Position numbers and translations under genes: made by a program. Positions 26,051 to 40,824 of a stretch of 64,000 nt of DNA are shown piece after piece (the first letter of the stretch is position 1; each line of letters begins with the position of its first letter). Location of the stretch: contig OX638150.1 in the NCBI GenBank assembly GCA_951804945.1, positions 28,830,001 to 28,894,000 of the forward strand, written 5' to 3'. This DNA is from Podarcis cretensis (taxonomy: Eukaryota). A model generated the notes under the pieces. That model did no database searches. It was not told the origin of the DNA and worked only from the letters and a program-made list of their open reading frames with translations.

Positions 26051-26253
26051 GAGCCGTTGGTGGCTTGGCCTGACATGCTGCACGTAGCGATTGCCACCAC
26101 TCAGATCCTAGCCCTGGGAAGCTGTGAGTCACCAGCGAAAGGAGCGTGGAAAAACTTTTCCTTGGGACTAGGCTGTGTACAGTGTCTGAGGAGATGTCTG
26201 TTGGGATTATTTGGACTAGCTCTCATTATTATTAGTCATCTCTATAAATTGAA

Positions 26254-26256
<3 letters not shown>

Positions 26257-26301
<45 letters not shown>
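26257..26301. repeat. (TA)n microsatellite
   Basis: Direct reading; continues after the Sauria SINE at about 26676-26687. Confidence 0.95.
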
Positions 26302-26303
<2 letters not shown>

Positions 26304-26676
26304 GGGACGCAGGTGGCGCTGTGGATTAAAGCCTCAGCGCCTAGGGCTTGCCGATCGAAAGGTCGGCGGTTCGAATCCCTGCGGCGGGGTGCGCTCCCGC
26401 TGCTCGGTCCCAGCGCCTGCCAACCTAGCAGTTCGAAAGCACCCCCGGGTGCAAGTAGATAAATAGGGACCGCTTACCAGCGGGAAGGTAAACGGCGTTT
26501 CCGTGTGCGGCTCTGGCTCTGGCTCTGGCCAGAGCAGCGATGTCACGCTGGCCACGTGACCCGGAAGTGTCTCCGGACAGCGCTGGCCCCTGGCCTCTTA
26601 AGTGAGATGGGCGCACAACCCCAGAGTCTGTCAAGACTGGCCCGTACGGGCAGGGGTACCTTTACCTTTACCTTTT
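26304..26676 (+). mobile_element. Sauria SINE, full length, inserted in (TA)n
   Basis: GGGACGCAGGTGGCGCTGTGG head, B box GGTTCGAATCC at 26368-26378, GTGCAAGTAGATAAATAGG core, (ACCTTT)n tail. Confidence 0.92.
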
Positions 26677-26812
26677 ATATATATATACACGTATATGTGC
26701 TCTTAGTAATGCAAAGTCTTTTCCATTCTAATTTTCAGGACGACAACCTCATACCTATTAATATAGTTCAACATACTAGAAAGAAAGAAAGAAAGTGAAA
26801 TACTGTCTAGCT

Positions 26813-26949
26813 CAGTGTTTCCCAAAACTCGGGTCACCAGCAGTTTTTGAACTACAATTCCTATCATCCCTGACCACCAGCCCTGCTAGCTCGGGGTGAT
26901 GGGAGTTGTAGTCCGGAAACAGCTGGAGACCGAAGTTTGGGAAAAGCTG
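26813..26949. mobile_element. Palindromic hAT MITE (family A)
   Basis: CAGTGTTTCCCAAA...TTTGGGAAAAGCTG; perfect 8-bp TSD GTCTAGCT. Confidence 0.9.
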
Positions 26950-28551
26950 GTCTAGCTGAATGCACACATCTTATCCCCCCTCCCCCAAATTAAAAAAGTA
27001 CATGGCATTTTACTTTTTAAGTGGTACTTTTAGTTTTCTTCCCTCCGAGCAAACAAAAACTTTGTTCTTGTGTTCGCCAGTTTAATCCTACCAATATTAA
27101 ACACCCATCTTTTTGGTCAATCCTTCAAATTGGTTTCCTTACTCTGAATTGTAGCAAGAGGCAGTTTCAGTTTCTGAAGTGCTTATAGTAGCAAGCATTC
27201 CTGTATTCTCCCCCAAATCTCTAGTTTGGTTTTAGTTTTCCCTTTTTTTAAAAAAATGCACATTGCTGTTCCATCTCACAATATTAGTGAGATGTGTCAC
27301 CCCTGATTGCTCTCATTTTACTAAGGAGGGAGCTGAGGTTAAGTTGCACAGAGTTGAGGTATTTATCTAAAGTCACTGCAGATGAAGTCTCTGGAGAAGC
27401 CAGGAATTGGGCCCACGTACCCCTGAGCGTTAACATCCAAAACCCAGAGCTAGCGTTCGTCAAGGCTGCAACAGGCAGTTCACCTTGGTGCCCATCAAAA
27501 CGCTTGGCTCTCCCCTGCCTTCCCTCCCAAGTAAAATCCTTAGCTGCAGCATTTGACACCTTGACCCAGACACAGACTGGCAGGAAGCCAGGAGGATACA
27601 ATCCTAGTAAAGGTTGTAAAGTCAGTGACTGTGTTTATTTCATGCCTCTCTGGTAACTGCTGCACAGGAATGGATTCAGGTGCATATGGTAGCTCCAGGT
27701 TCTTTAAGATCTGGGCTATTCAAGTTAATATTTGAAGAAGTTTCTAGCCTGCAGAGAGACCCCATCAGTGTGGGCCTGAGAGCATGTATTTTCAATCCCT
27801 TCAGCAGCTCCGCATTTGCCCCAGACGGCATATTCACTTATTCATTGCCTGGCCCCACCGGCACATTTCCTCCTCTACCAATCCCATTTATCCATTCTCT
27901 CTATCGATTCTCAAAGCATTATTATTATTATTATTATTATTATTAATTGATTGATTGGTAAAGCTGAAATAAATTATTGCAAATAAACATAGAGGTGCTT
28001 GATTTCCATAATTAGTCACCCTGGTGCAGAACTTGATTTATTTATTCCTACTGTATTTATTTAAGCACAGGAACATGCCCCAGCCTTGTGAAGAGGCAAG
28101 CGGAGGTTTTTTGCCCCCCCCCCCAACTGCACATAATTGTGGGACTAATATTCGAGACATCCGTGCTAAATTTTATGAAGAATCCAGTGATTCATCAGGA
28201 TTTTCTTGTGCTCATGCTATAGGGTGTTTTTATTCCCCCAAACAGCCTTTGTTTCATGTGATCCCCCTTCCCAAAGAGTCCCGTGGGAGCTTCTTCTGCC
28301 CAACCTAGCACCAGAGGAGTTTTCTGCTGTGGTACCAACAATTTCGGACTACCTTTCTATTCACCTCTTGCTGTTTGAAAGCCAGATATTTCCCAACACT
28401 GAGCACTGGGTGTTTATTTGGACTGCCATAATAAAAATCTGTCTTAACAAATGTTTTGAATATCTTTCCCCACCCACCACCGGCAGTCTACTTTTGATAT
28501 TTATGGTACATAGAGACAGATCAGACTTAAGGAGCCAAGCCAGGGACTTGA

Positions 28552-28740
<189 letters not shown>

Positions 28741-29044
28741 TGAGTCATGGTTGGGATTGCAGGGAAACGTGCAGATACGCCCTTCTAAAGGGGTAGAAGA
28801 ACCACTACGAAGTCCGGCGCCTTATCAAGGGCACAGATTTGGGAGGCAGTTGCACAGAGAGGGAAGGGAATAAGGAGTTGGTTTCTCTGTGACTGAAGGG
28901 CATCTGAGGCCAATGCCACCATCCCAGCACAACATCTTTAGTCTCTGCCTTGCAAGTGGCACAATTCCTAAAAGAGAGCTATTGCAGCATGCAAGCAGGA
29001 GAGGCTAGAACCTCTAGACTTGCTTGGGCAACAAGGCATGGGGA

Positions 29045-31140
<2,096 letters not shown>

Positions 31141-31574
31141 TAAACTAGGGCTCCCCAGACTTTTGGTGTTGATGGGCACATTTGCAAACTGTGGTCAGCA
31201 ATGCTCACATGCCCATGTGTGCAACCACAGCCCAGCAAACACCACATACTGTTCTTTGGGTCTCAGTAGAATGCTTCTTTTAAACCTATTTTCATTGGGG
31301 AGGGGGGCCCTGTGGGTGCACATGCTCCCGCAGGCAGCACCTTGGCACCCCCTTCTCCAGGCAGTTGGGGGATCCTGAGCAGTCGGGAATGCACACCCAT
31401 TCAGTTCCCTGGTATAGACAACTGCACTCCCCAGCGTGTAGGCCCTACATGGATCTGGGTCGGTTAACTGGGATAGATGCAACGCCATTGGCTTCCCACC
31501 GTGCTCCATTCCCGGACTTGCCACACACACTCCTATTCCTGATTTGGCTGCTAAGTTCTTGGAATTCATTGTCT

Positions 31575-31870
31575 AGCCATCTGCGTTTGATTTATCTCAA
31601 ACACAGGATTTTCTGATAAGCCGTCTAGTGAGATTCCTATCTGTTTAATTTTTACATTCGGTCTATAACGCAGCCGCAACCGGAACTGAAACGTTAGCAG
31701 CTACGCTTTTGTTACTAGAAGTCTTTGGTTAAGTTTCGAGGCGTAGGGCAGCGTAGGGACACAATTTGGTACGCCAGATTTTTATTGAAGGAAAACTGAT
31801 TTTGAAGTTTTTCCGTGGCCTGATTGAAGGCATTTATCCAAACTGAGATCCCGTATAGCAGGGTAGCTGC
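31575..31870 (-). mobile_element. Internal ORF2 fragment of a non-LTR retrotransposon (clade uncertain, RTE-X-like)
   Basis: Minus strand, with frameshifts, reads LLYGISVWINA...EKLQNQF...GVPNCVPYAALRLET, resembling a post-RT region. Confidence 0.6.
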
Positions 31871-31973
31871 TCTCAATGTATGGGTGTCCAGGGGCAGGAC
31901 TAGGGAGCTGCCGCCCCTTCCACATGAAGAGCCCCTTTAACATAGAAAGGGAAGGGGCTTCAGCCTATAGGCT

Positions 31974-32385
31974 TCTGCAGGATTTAACTTCCTTCCGCAG
32001 GGCCTGTAAGACAGAGCTATTCCGCCTGGCTTTCAATTTGAATTTAGCCTGATCTTTTATTCCCCTTCCTTCCCTCCCCCTCCCCTTTTTATGAAGATTA
32101 CCCGCTCTGGGATCCCACAACTAATTCTCCCCTGGTCTCTTCGCTGGCCCAAATAGGACAAACTTAGCCAGCTAGCCCTGGTGATCATCTAATGTTTATT
32201 GGATGGATTTCCCTCCCTAAATTGATTTTTGAATCATGAATGTATTGTTGTTCACGTTTTATACTGTATTTTATGCTGTTTTTTGTTGCATCAATTAAGT
32301 GTTTTAAATTCGTTGTTAGACGCCCTGAGCCCAGTTTTCTGAACTGGGAAGGGCGGCGTATAAATAAAAAATTATTATTATTATT
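31974..32385 (+). mobile_element. L2-type LINE 3' end
   Basis: LQDLTSFRRACKTELFRLAF, tail TGTTAGACGCCCTGAG...GGGCGGCGTATAAATAAA(ATT)n; related to 4281-4580. Confidence 0.8.
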
Positions 32386-32724
32386 AACCAGACCATGGCC
32401 TTGCCCTCCCTCCTATCCGTGAACTCTCATTCCAGACTTGCAGCCCCTGATGCTTGAGCTGCAAGCTCACTCTTATAATTCCATGCTGAGTTCTTCAAGA
32501 GGGGCCTGTGCCCCATCCCTTATTCTTTAAGTTCTAACCCCACCCTGGAGTGGGAGATGGAATGCAGAAGTGATGTGCTCCTGTGACCTTCCTTTCTCCT
32601 GCCTCCTGCTCCTTCGCTTCCTGCCCCTGCTCGTGTCGCCAGGAGAAAAGATGCCAGCCCTTGGGGAAGTCCTGCCAGAAGGTGATAGCTAATCTTGCCT
32701 TTTCCGTTCTTCTTTTCCTGCAAG

Positions 32725-32830
32725 CTGGCGCGGCGCGGCCTGTGCATGTCATTGACCTGGATGCCGAAGAGGAACGGAGCCGGCTGTGTGAGGAGCGCCT
32801 GGGGCTTGCTGGGAGAGATCTCTTGATCCA
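32725..32830 (+). CDS. BAHCC1: BAHCC1 exon 5 (AGAARPVHVIDLDAEEER...LLIQ)
   Basis: AAG acceptor after a pyrimidine tract; donor CCA|GTAAGG; phase 1-2. Confidence 0.88.
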
Positions 32831-34005
32831 GTAAGGGCGATTTATAGCACTTTATGGTTAGGCTGGAGAGGCTTTCAGAAGGCCCACCTGCATCTTGAAA
32901 GCACAGTTGTTGCTGGCTGCCTTACATCTGAGGGCTGGAACTATCAACTTTGTATTGATCTCTAAGCCACTCTGGGCTGGCACCAGGCTTGAGTGGGTCC
33001 TGTTAGTAGTAGGCCCTTACCTTGTACCAACATGGGCTCCTGTCTGGGCCAAATGTTGCCAGCTCCCCTTCAGAGTCCCTGTTGCTGCTGCTCCTGGCAC
33101 TTTCCCTTACCTCCTCCCAGCAGATGTCTTTATTGGTAGCGGTGCATATTACGCTTCCCGGGAGTGAGAGGCGAGCACTGGCTTGGCGTTCTTCTGTGGC
33201 GGTGGCTGCCACATTGCATTTCCCAAAATGCAGTGCCTGCTGCCAAGCATTGCATCTTGGGAAATAAATCATGGTGGTCTCTCTTCCACAGAATGAAACA
33301 GAGCCAGTGCTTGCCTCCTGTAACAAGCAGAACTGTCTGCCACCATCAAATAACAAAACAAGCACCACTCCCAATAAACAGGGAGAAGGCAGTGAGGTGA
33401 GTTACGGAAATTGCAACAGCAAGTATAATACGATCTCAACACATTTCTGATGTTGGCGGGCACTTCTGAGCCCCTGGGTCCTCAGCAGCTGCCTGATTGC
33501 GGCGATCTCTGTCACCGGCCATGGGTCCCTTTTGGGAGCGAAAAATTGGTTTAAATATGTATGGTATCTACCATCAGTTGGTATCAAAGGTGGGGAAGGG
33601 AGTGCAGTGGGTTTTGCATATAATGCTTTTAATGCTGGACCCATGATGAGCCTGTTCATGTGATAGCTGGGCTTCTGGTTACTCCAGGTGCCTGACCTTT
33701 AGACCTGGAGGCCACAGAATGACCATTACAGGAAACCCCCCGGTCATTTGCGTGTATTCAACATGTGCACGACTGCACACGCATTGCACCAAATCTGAAA
33801 GGGTCCCGAAAATGTCACAAAAGGGGAAGAACAGGGTGTTTGCGGGCTTTTTCAGTTGTATTGCAGAACAAAACTCCCATACAAATTTGGAGAGTGGGGC
33901 ATTGCCTGTACATTACATGATAGCCCACATTGTGTAGTCCCTTTACAGGCCTGGACGATCCTGACCTGTTGTAGCTGACCTGCCTTTGTCCCGTCTGATT
34001 TTTGA

Positions 34006-34560
<555 letters not shown>

Positions 34561-35207
34561 ATCTCTGGTCCATTTCTGATCTCACTTCACACCTGATCTA
34601 CAGCTTTCTACTCTCTTCTCCTGGCAGTTTCAGTTTCCTTCTGTGCTTTCCTGCTGCCCCATCCCTTGGCGTTGCTTTTAGTCTCTGGATTGCTACTGTC
34701 TCGTTATTTGCGACCCCCTGTTCTGCCTGTTTCCTGCCCGTTTTTTAAACTGGTTATTGCGTAAGCCTCACCGTAACCTCTAGCCCTAATTGCTGCCGAG
34801 AGCCTAAGGCAGCCCTTGGTGAGTGACATTTAGGACCACTTCATATGCTTAAAAAATTCTTGCCTCAAGAAAGAGTCATCTGTACATGCAGCAAAAACAC
34901 CTGCGTATACATACAATTTTCCATATAGAATTTTATGCGGGCAAAACTAGATTATTGCCTGTCCTATGACTCAACCCTCAGAGGTATTGCAGGCCTGGGA
35001 GACTGCCTTCCCGGGGGTCACAGCTGATAGGTAGAGATAGGTGGAGGGGATTCTCCTAGATCTCGTAAGGACTGTGTGATACATGGTGATCTTCCTAAGT
35101 GGATATTATCTGCGTGGTACGTACATGACCTGCTCCCTGCCTCTTGCGGTGGATTTTCATTTGTCTGCATATGCACGAGAAGCCGAATGCTTCTTGGCCT
35201 ACCCTGA

Positions 35208-35498
<291 letters not shown>

Positions 35499-35669
35499 TA
35501 GCAGCCAGGCACTAATTGGCTGGCACATTCCACCACCGCTGCTGGATAGTAGCTGGGATGGGGTATACGGGAGCTGCCCCTCTGATCAGAGGAGATGGGT
35601 GCGGCTCTCTAATTCAGGGATCAGGGAGGCACCTCCATACTCTCTGGCTTTGTTTACCTCTCTGATTAA

Positions 35670-36023
<354 letters not shown>

Positions 36024-36252
36024 TAATCTGAGGTTGGGGGGGGGGACCAAGGAATCATCAAATATTCTCTCTGCATGAAAGTCTGGGCCACCCATGCAGC
36101 CGCTTTGCAAAAGCTCAGCCCTTACGGTCCAGGCTGGCACACATTAACACATGAAGCAAATGCATTGCAGAAAGGTGACTGTGCAGCTACAGATGACTCA
36201 CCCACTAAGTAACCCACCATGCTTCAAGGGAAAGGAAATGTGTGCACACACA

Positions 36253-36287
<35 letters not shown>

Positions 36288-36514
36288 TTCTCCAGCCAAT
36301 CTGATCTGATGAGAAATCCCTCACTGGCTCAAAATACGGTGCTTGGCCAGATTCTGAGTGAGTGTAAGAATTTATCTCCTGAGTCATCTCAAAGAAAGCT
36401 CTATTGGCTGCAGAGCTATGGTCGTCAACATCCTGCTTCTCACTGCATGGTGGTGATAGACACCAGTATCCTATGTGGAAGAACAGCACTCTTCCTTAGG
36501 GTGACGATTAGGGC

Positions 36515-36515
<1 letters not shown>

Positions 36516-36560
<45 letters not shown>
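36516..36560. repeat. (TG)n microsatellite
   Basis: Direct reading. Confidence 0.95.
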
Positions 36561-36561
<1 letters not shown>

Positions 36562-37320
36562 GTGATTCTGAGCAAGCACCGCAAAAAGCAAATAATAATT
36601 ATGTTTGGCCCGAGGATCAACCTTCTCTGAAGCTCAGCTCCCCAAATATAGTTGCAAAGATGTGCTTGGAAAAGTGTGGGATTGATGCCTGGAGACATCT
36701 TGGAAATCAGAGGGGTGTGGCTGGATGAAAAACCCCAACAGTCAAGAGGATGGGGTTTCTGCCCCCTGCATAGGTTATTGCCTCCTGCTGCCTCAACTAG
36801 TAGAAGCTGAAGATATTAAGATAGATAAAATGATCCCTGTTTCCATAACTTCATCTAGGTTGCAGTATTTTGCTTTTTGCTGGTGCGGAATCTGAGTTGC
36901 TTTGGCTCGGGATCCTGATTTATTTACTTGGAAGCACGCACAGCTCACATCTGCTAGAGTGGCACAGAGCACTAAAATAGGAAACCCAAAATAACCTTCA
37001 TCGGAAGTGTATCCAGGTTTTCCTTGAACCCATTGTTCCCGACTGAGAAGGGGACACAGTCAAGATAAACGGCCACTGATTCAACCTGAGTATAGGATCA
37101 GGACTGGGGTGAGGAACCAGAGTTGGTGGGCTGATAAGGACGTATCAACAGGAAGTGATGTGGAACCAGACGTGTTTAGGATTGCAAAGCACTGGGGACA
37201 AATGCAAGTCTTAAGCTGCATATACTGACTGTATTGTCGTTGGGTCAATTGCCATTTTGTGACGTTGGTTGCGTGGGGTTCAGGCACTCGCTGACCCGTC
37301 CACCTCTCTCCTCCTTGTAG

Positions 37321-37636
37321 CGGAAGCCTGAAGAGCCGCCCCCTGAGCTGGAGATGCCAGGCCCCGAGAAGCCACTCAAACCATCCCACAAAGCTGTTGC
37401 CTTAAACGCTCCCCCGAAGGGCCTGTCGCCAGCAGCTGCCTGCTCAGCCAAGCTCTCCCCGTGTTGCCACCCGCCCAAATGCCCTGCCCCCTGCACTTTA
37501 CCTGTCTGCCCTGCTGTGGTGCCACGCTCACCTGCTGTCAGTCCGGTGCCCTCGCAGAGCTCCACTGGCCCTGAGGCCGAGGACAAGCAGCCTGAAGGGA
37601 GGCCAGCCCAGGACTATCCCAAATCACTGGAACCAG
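37321..37636 (+). CDS. BAHCC1: BAHCC1 exon 9 (RKPEEPPPEL...KSLEP)
   Basis: Acceptor TTGTAG, donor CAG|GTAGGG; contains KLSPCCHPP and APCTLPVCP. Confidence 0.92.
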
Positions 37637-37928
37637 GTAGGGATTCATGGCAGGCTATGCATGGAAGGGGGAGCCGGGAAGAGACACGGTATACTTGTGC
37701 ACTGCTTGCACCCAATATCAATCATACTAGCCCATGGCACGGACTCCCTCTCCCTGTAGTAAGTGTCTTGATCTGTGCCCTGCTAGGCATAGGCAATAGC
37801 ATGTAGTTCAGAGTGCAGTTATTTTACGCAGGCTTTAGCCAACACATTCAAAGTTTTCAATCATTGTTGTGCAGAAAGGTTTGGAAAGGGTGCACTTAAA
37901 GACCCAGGAACCGGATGGACTTCTAGAA

Positions 37929-38074
37929 CAGGGTTTCCCAAACTTGGGTCTCCAGCTGGGTTTTTTTTTGGGGGGGGGGACTACAATTCCCATCATCCCT
38001 GACCACTGGTGCTGCTAGTTAGGGATGATGGGAGTTGTGGTCCAAAAACAGCTGGAGACCCAAGTTTGGGAAAC
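37929..38074. mobile_element. Palindromic hAT MITE (family A)
   Basis: CAGGGTTTCCCAAACTTGGGTCTCCAGCTG ... CAGCTGGAGACCCAAGTTTGGGAAAC; left flank TTCTAGAA; right end clipped. Confidence 0.88.
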
Positions 38075-38367
38075 AATCAGTGAGGGATTTTCCACTGTTC
38101 AGGATTGGAACCTGATCAGCCCCTCTTGGTCCCTGTTCATGCTTACCCCCCTCTCTCCCCTTTCCTACAGGCATGGTACCACAAAAGTCTGAATGCCATT
38201 CTTCCTAGGTAATTTGTAGAAAGTTCAATGCTGCCAGAAAATAAATAAACAGCAAGGGAGTACGTGTCATTAGCATAACCTATTGCAGTCTCGGAAGTTG
38301 TTAGAATGGACCAGTCTTCTGTTAGGAAGGGTGCAGGATATGAGGTCAGGCTCATCTGAATTATCTT

Positions 38368-38369
<2 letters not shown>

Positions 38370-38413
<44 letters not shown>

Positions 38414-38918
38414 TTATTACGGTCGGAGACCAGCTTATAAAACACACTTGGGGGTACAATCCCAGAGGGAAAACAAACATTTAAAACCATGTACAACAAT
38501 AAATTTAAAATTTATAAATGTGATAAGCGTATAGACACCTAAAACTTTAAGATAAGCTACCGCAGAGAGATGACCCAGAGTCACCCATGGAACCGAGTTT
38601 GGGGATTTTCTTAACAAACTAGTTTGGGTCGGGGGATGGTCTGCGCCTACAGATCTGTACACAGAATCTGGCGACCATCCGGGTCGTCTTAGGATCTTTC
38701 CTAACAGGAAAAGGTCAGTTTTTTGCTTTTCCGGGAGCTTAGCGAGCCTCACCAGCAGGGGATCAATGGTCTCACTACATGCATCTTCATAAAAGGGACA
38801 TTTAAAAAACAAGTGCTCTGGGCTCCCTATCTCCCCCAATGAACAGGCGCAGAGTCTCTGAGCATATTGGATTTTTTTAAAGGATCCTTCCAGGAGCGGC
38901 AAGGGCAGAGCCGAGCTT
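38370..38918 (-). mobile_element. 5'-truncated non-LTR retrotransposon with a C-terminal CCHC knuckle and a (TATC)n tail
   Basis: Encodes LEGSFKKIQYAQRLCACSLGEIGSPEHLFFKCPFY; 3' GGTC-TCC-GACC hairpin, AATAAA, (TATC)n; 13-bp TSD TGA(A/G)TTATCTTGA at 38357-38369 and 38919-38931. Confidence 0.85.
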
Positions 38919-39031
38919 TGAGTTATCTTGAGTTTTGGTTTGGAGAGTCCCAAGCTGACCCTGTGCCCCCTGCTTTTGTGTGTGTACCATAGCTTATCCT
39001 GGTGCTCTTTCCTTGTTCTTTCTTCCTCTAG

Positions 39032-39724
39032 ATCTTCCCCCTGGTTACTCCTACCCTGTGGCTGGCCTGGGCTATGCATCACCTTTACCCTTGGACCCAG
39101 CTGATCCTGACACTATGCAAACGGTTTCCACGGCAGCTGAGCCCGAACAGTCACGCACCTTCCCACCGGAGCAGGAGCCACAATGCGAGTCGGAAGCTCG
39201 CCCATCCAGTGGGGCTGGGGACCCCGAAGTAGATTCCTCCCACCCTCACCCTCCCCACCTCATTGTGCACCCCCAGAGGCCGAGCTCCACAGAACTGGCC
39301 AAGGAGACGCCGTGTTGCCCCCTGCTGGTCGGGGACAGCCCAGACGGCTTGGACTCTGCCCCGAAGGAATGCCAGGAGGAGCCTAGGCCGGAAGCTGCTG
39401 TTCCAGGGCCTTCGCCGGAGGTGATGGCTGTGGAGGACAGCCCGGCCGCAGCACTAGAAGATGAATGCCAGGAAGACGAGAGTGATGCCAGCTCGCCAGA
39501 TGACCTGTCGACGCATGCCGAGGTGCAGGTGGCCCCGTGCGGCCTGGACACCCTCATTGCTGCCAGCATCGATCTGGGCGAGCTCCCAGCCTTGGAATCG
39601 CCACCTCCTGCAGATTCCCTTCCCCTGCCCTCACCATGCAGCTCAGGGATTCCTGGCATTGCCCTGCTCAGTGAGCTGGCAGAACTGGAACTCCGTCGCC
39701 AGCAGTGCGATACTGCCGCCCATG
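39032..39724 (+). CDS. BAHCC1: BAHCC1 exon 10 (DLPPGY...SSGIPGIALLSELAEL...AAH)
   Basis: Acceptor CTCTAG, donor ATG|GTAAGG; 693 nt, phase 1-1. Confidence 0.92.
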
Positions 39725-39992
39725 GTAAGGAAGGCAGGGGCTATCTTTTCTCTCCCTCTCCCTCTTGCCACTGTTTTGTCCCTTCCCTCTCACGGAGGCC
39801 AGGGACCAGCAAGCAAGCAAGGGGACTGGGAAGAGGATTCTGTATTTGTCTGGGTGACTTGCCCACTCATTTTGTTCATGGTAGCTAAGCACTGCTTGCT
39901 TCTTTGGTTCAGGAGGGCAGCCTGCCAAGAGTCAGAGACGGGGCTAAATTTCCATTGTTGTTAGAGGAATGAGAAACTTCTTTCCTATACGC

Positions 39993-40111
39993 CAGGGATG
40001 GGGAACCAGTGGCCCTGCAGATGTTGCCATCACTCCTGACCATTGGCCTTCTTGGCTGGAGCTGATGGGAACTGGAGTCTGTCAACATCTGGAGGGTCAG
40101 TTCCCCGCCCT
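39993..40111. mobile_element. Older palindromic hAT-type MITE (family B)
   Basis: CAGGGATGGGGAACC...CAGATGTTG ... CAACATCTGGAGGG...GTTCCCC. Confidence 0.7.
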
Positions 40112-40689
40112 ATGCTTGCTAAGCACAGCCCTGCCTCCTGCCCGGACAGCAAGGAGTTGACCGCCACTCCTCTGCGTGTTGTAGGAGCTTAAGATGTGAA
40201 GGAATGATGACAGCCCACTGGAGACTGAAAGGTTGTTCATGATGGGAACATTATCTTGGGACTGGAACCAGATTTTTTTCCCAGACCTTGGTCTTGTCAA
40301 GTTTGTACCTTTGAGACTGTAGAATTTGCATCCGTGCCAAGGCCTGCTCCCTTGATATCTTCCATTAGCTCTCCAGTGTTGGCACTGAACGATTAAGCAG
40401 CCGAAGGGCAAATGCACATCACTCTCATGTGCGATCTCCCATTGAACTGCTCAAACAGCCTGTCCACAACTGTAGCCTTTCAGCGTTCTCCCCTAGCTTG
40501 CTAGCAGGGCCCCCATTATTTTCCCCACATTGCTTCCGCACCAGGCATACTGCTGGTTAAGAAAGTTTCTCTGCTTCTTCCTGTCTTACACAACTCCGTG
40601 AGAGCCATGCCGGAAGCTACCTGCTGCTCACCTCCCCATCCCCACAGGAATATTTGTTTAATCAATATATAGATAAGTTTCCTCTAGAT

Positions 40690-40824
40690 CAGGGTTTCCC
40701 AAACTTGGGTCTCCAGTTGTTGTTGGACTACAACTCCCATCATCCCTAGCTAGCAGAACCAGTGGTCAGGGATGATGAGAATTGTAGTCCAACAACAACT
40801 GGAGACCCAAGTTTGGGAAACCTG
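40690..40824. mobile_element. Palindromic hAT MITE (family A)
   Basis: Near-perfect fold-back; perfect 8-bp TSD CTCTAGAT at 40682-40689 and 40825-40832. Confidence 0.92.

Noticed and set aside
31575-31870. NUMT or microbial insertion, suggested by the odd CpG-retaining composition
   Set aside because: The minus-strand translation resembles LINE ORF2.
38435-39082. 215-aa antisense gene
   Set aside because: Explained by a truncated LINE ORF2 end plus read-through from flanking sequence.
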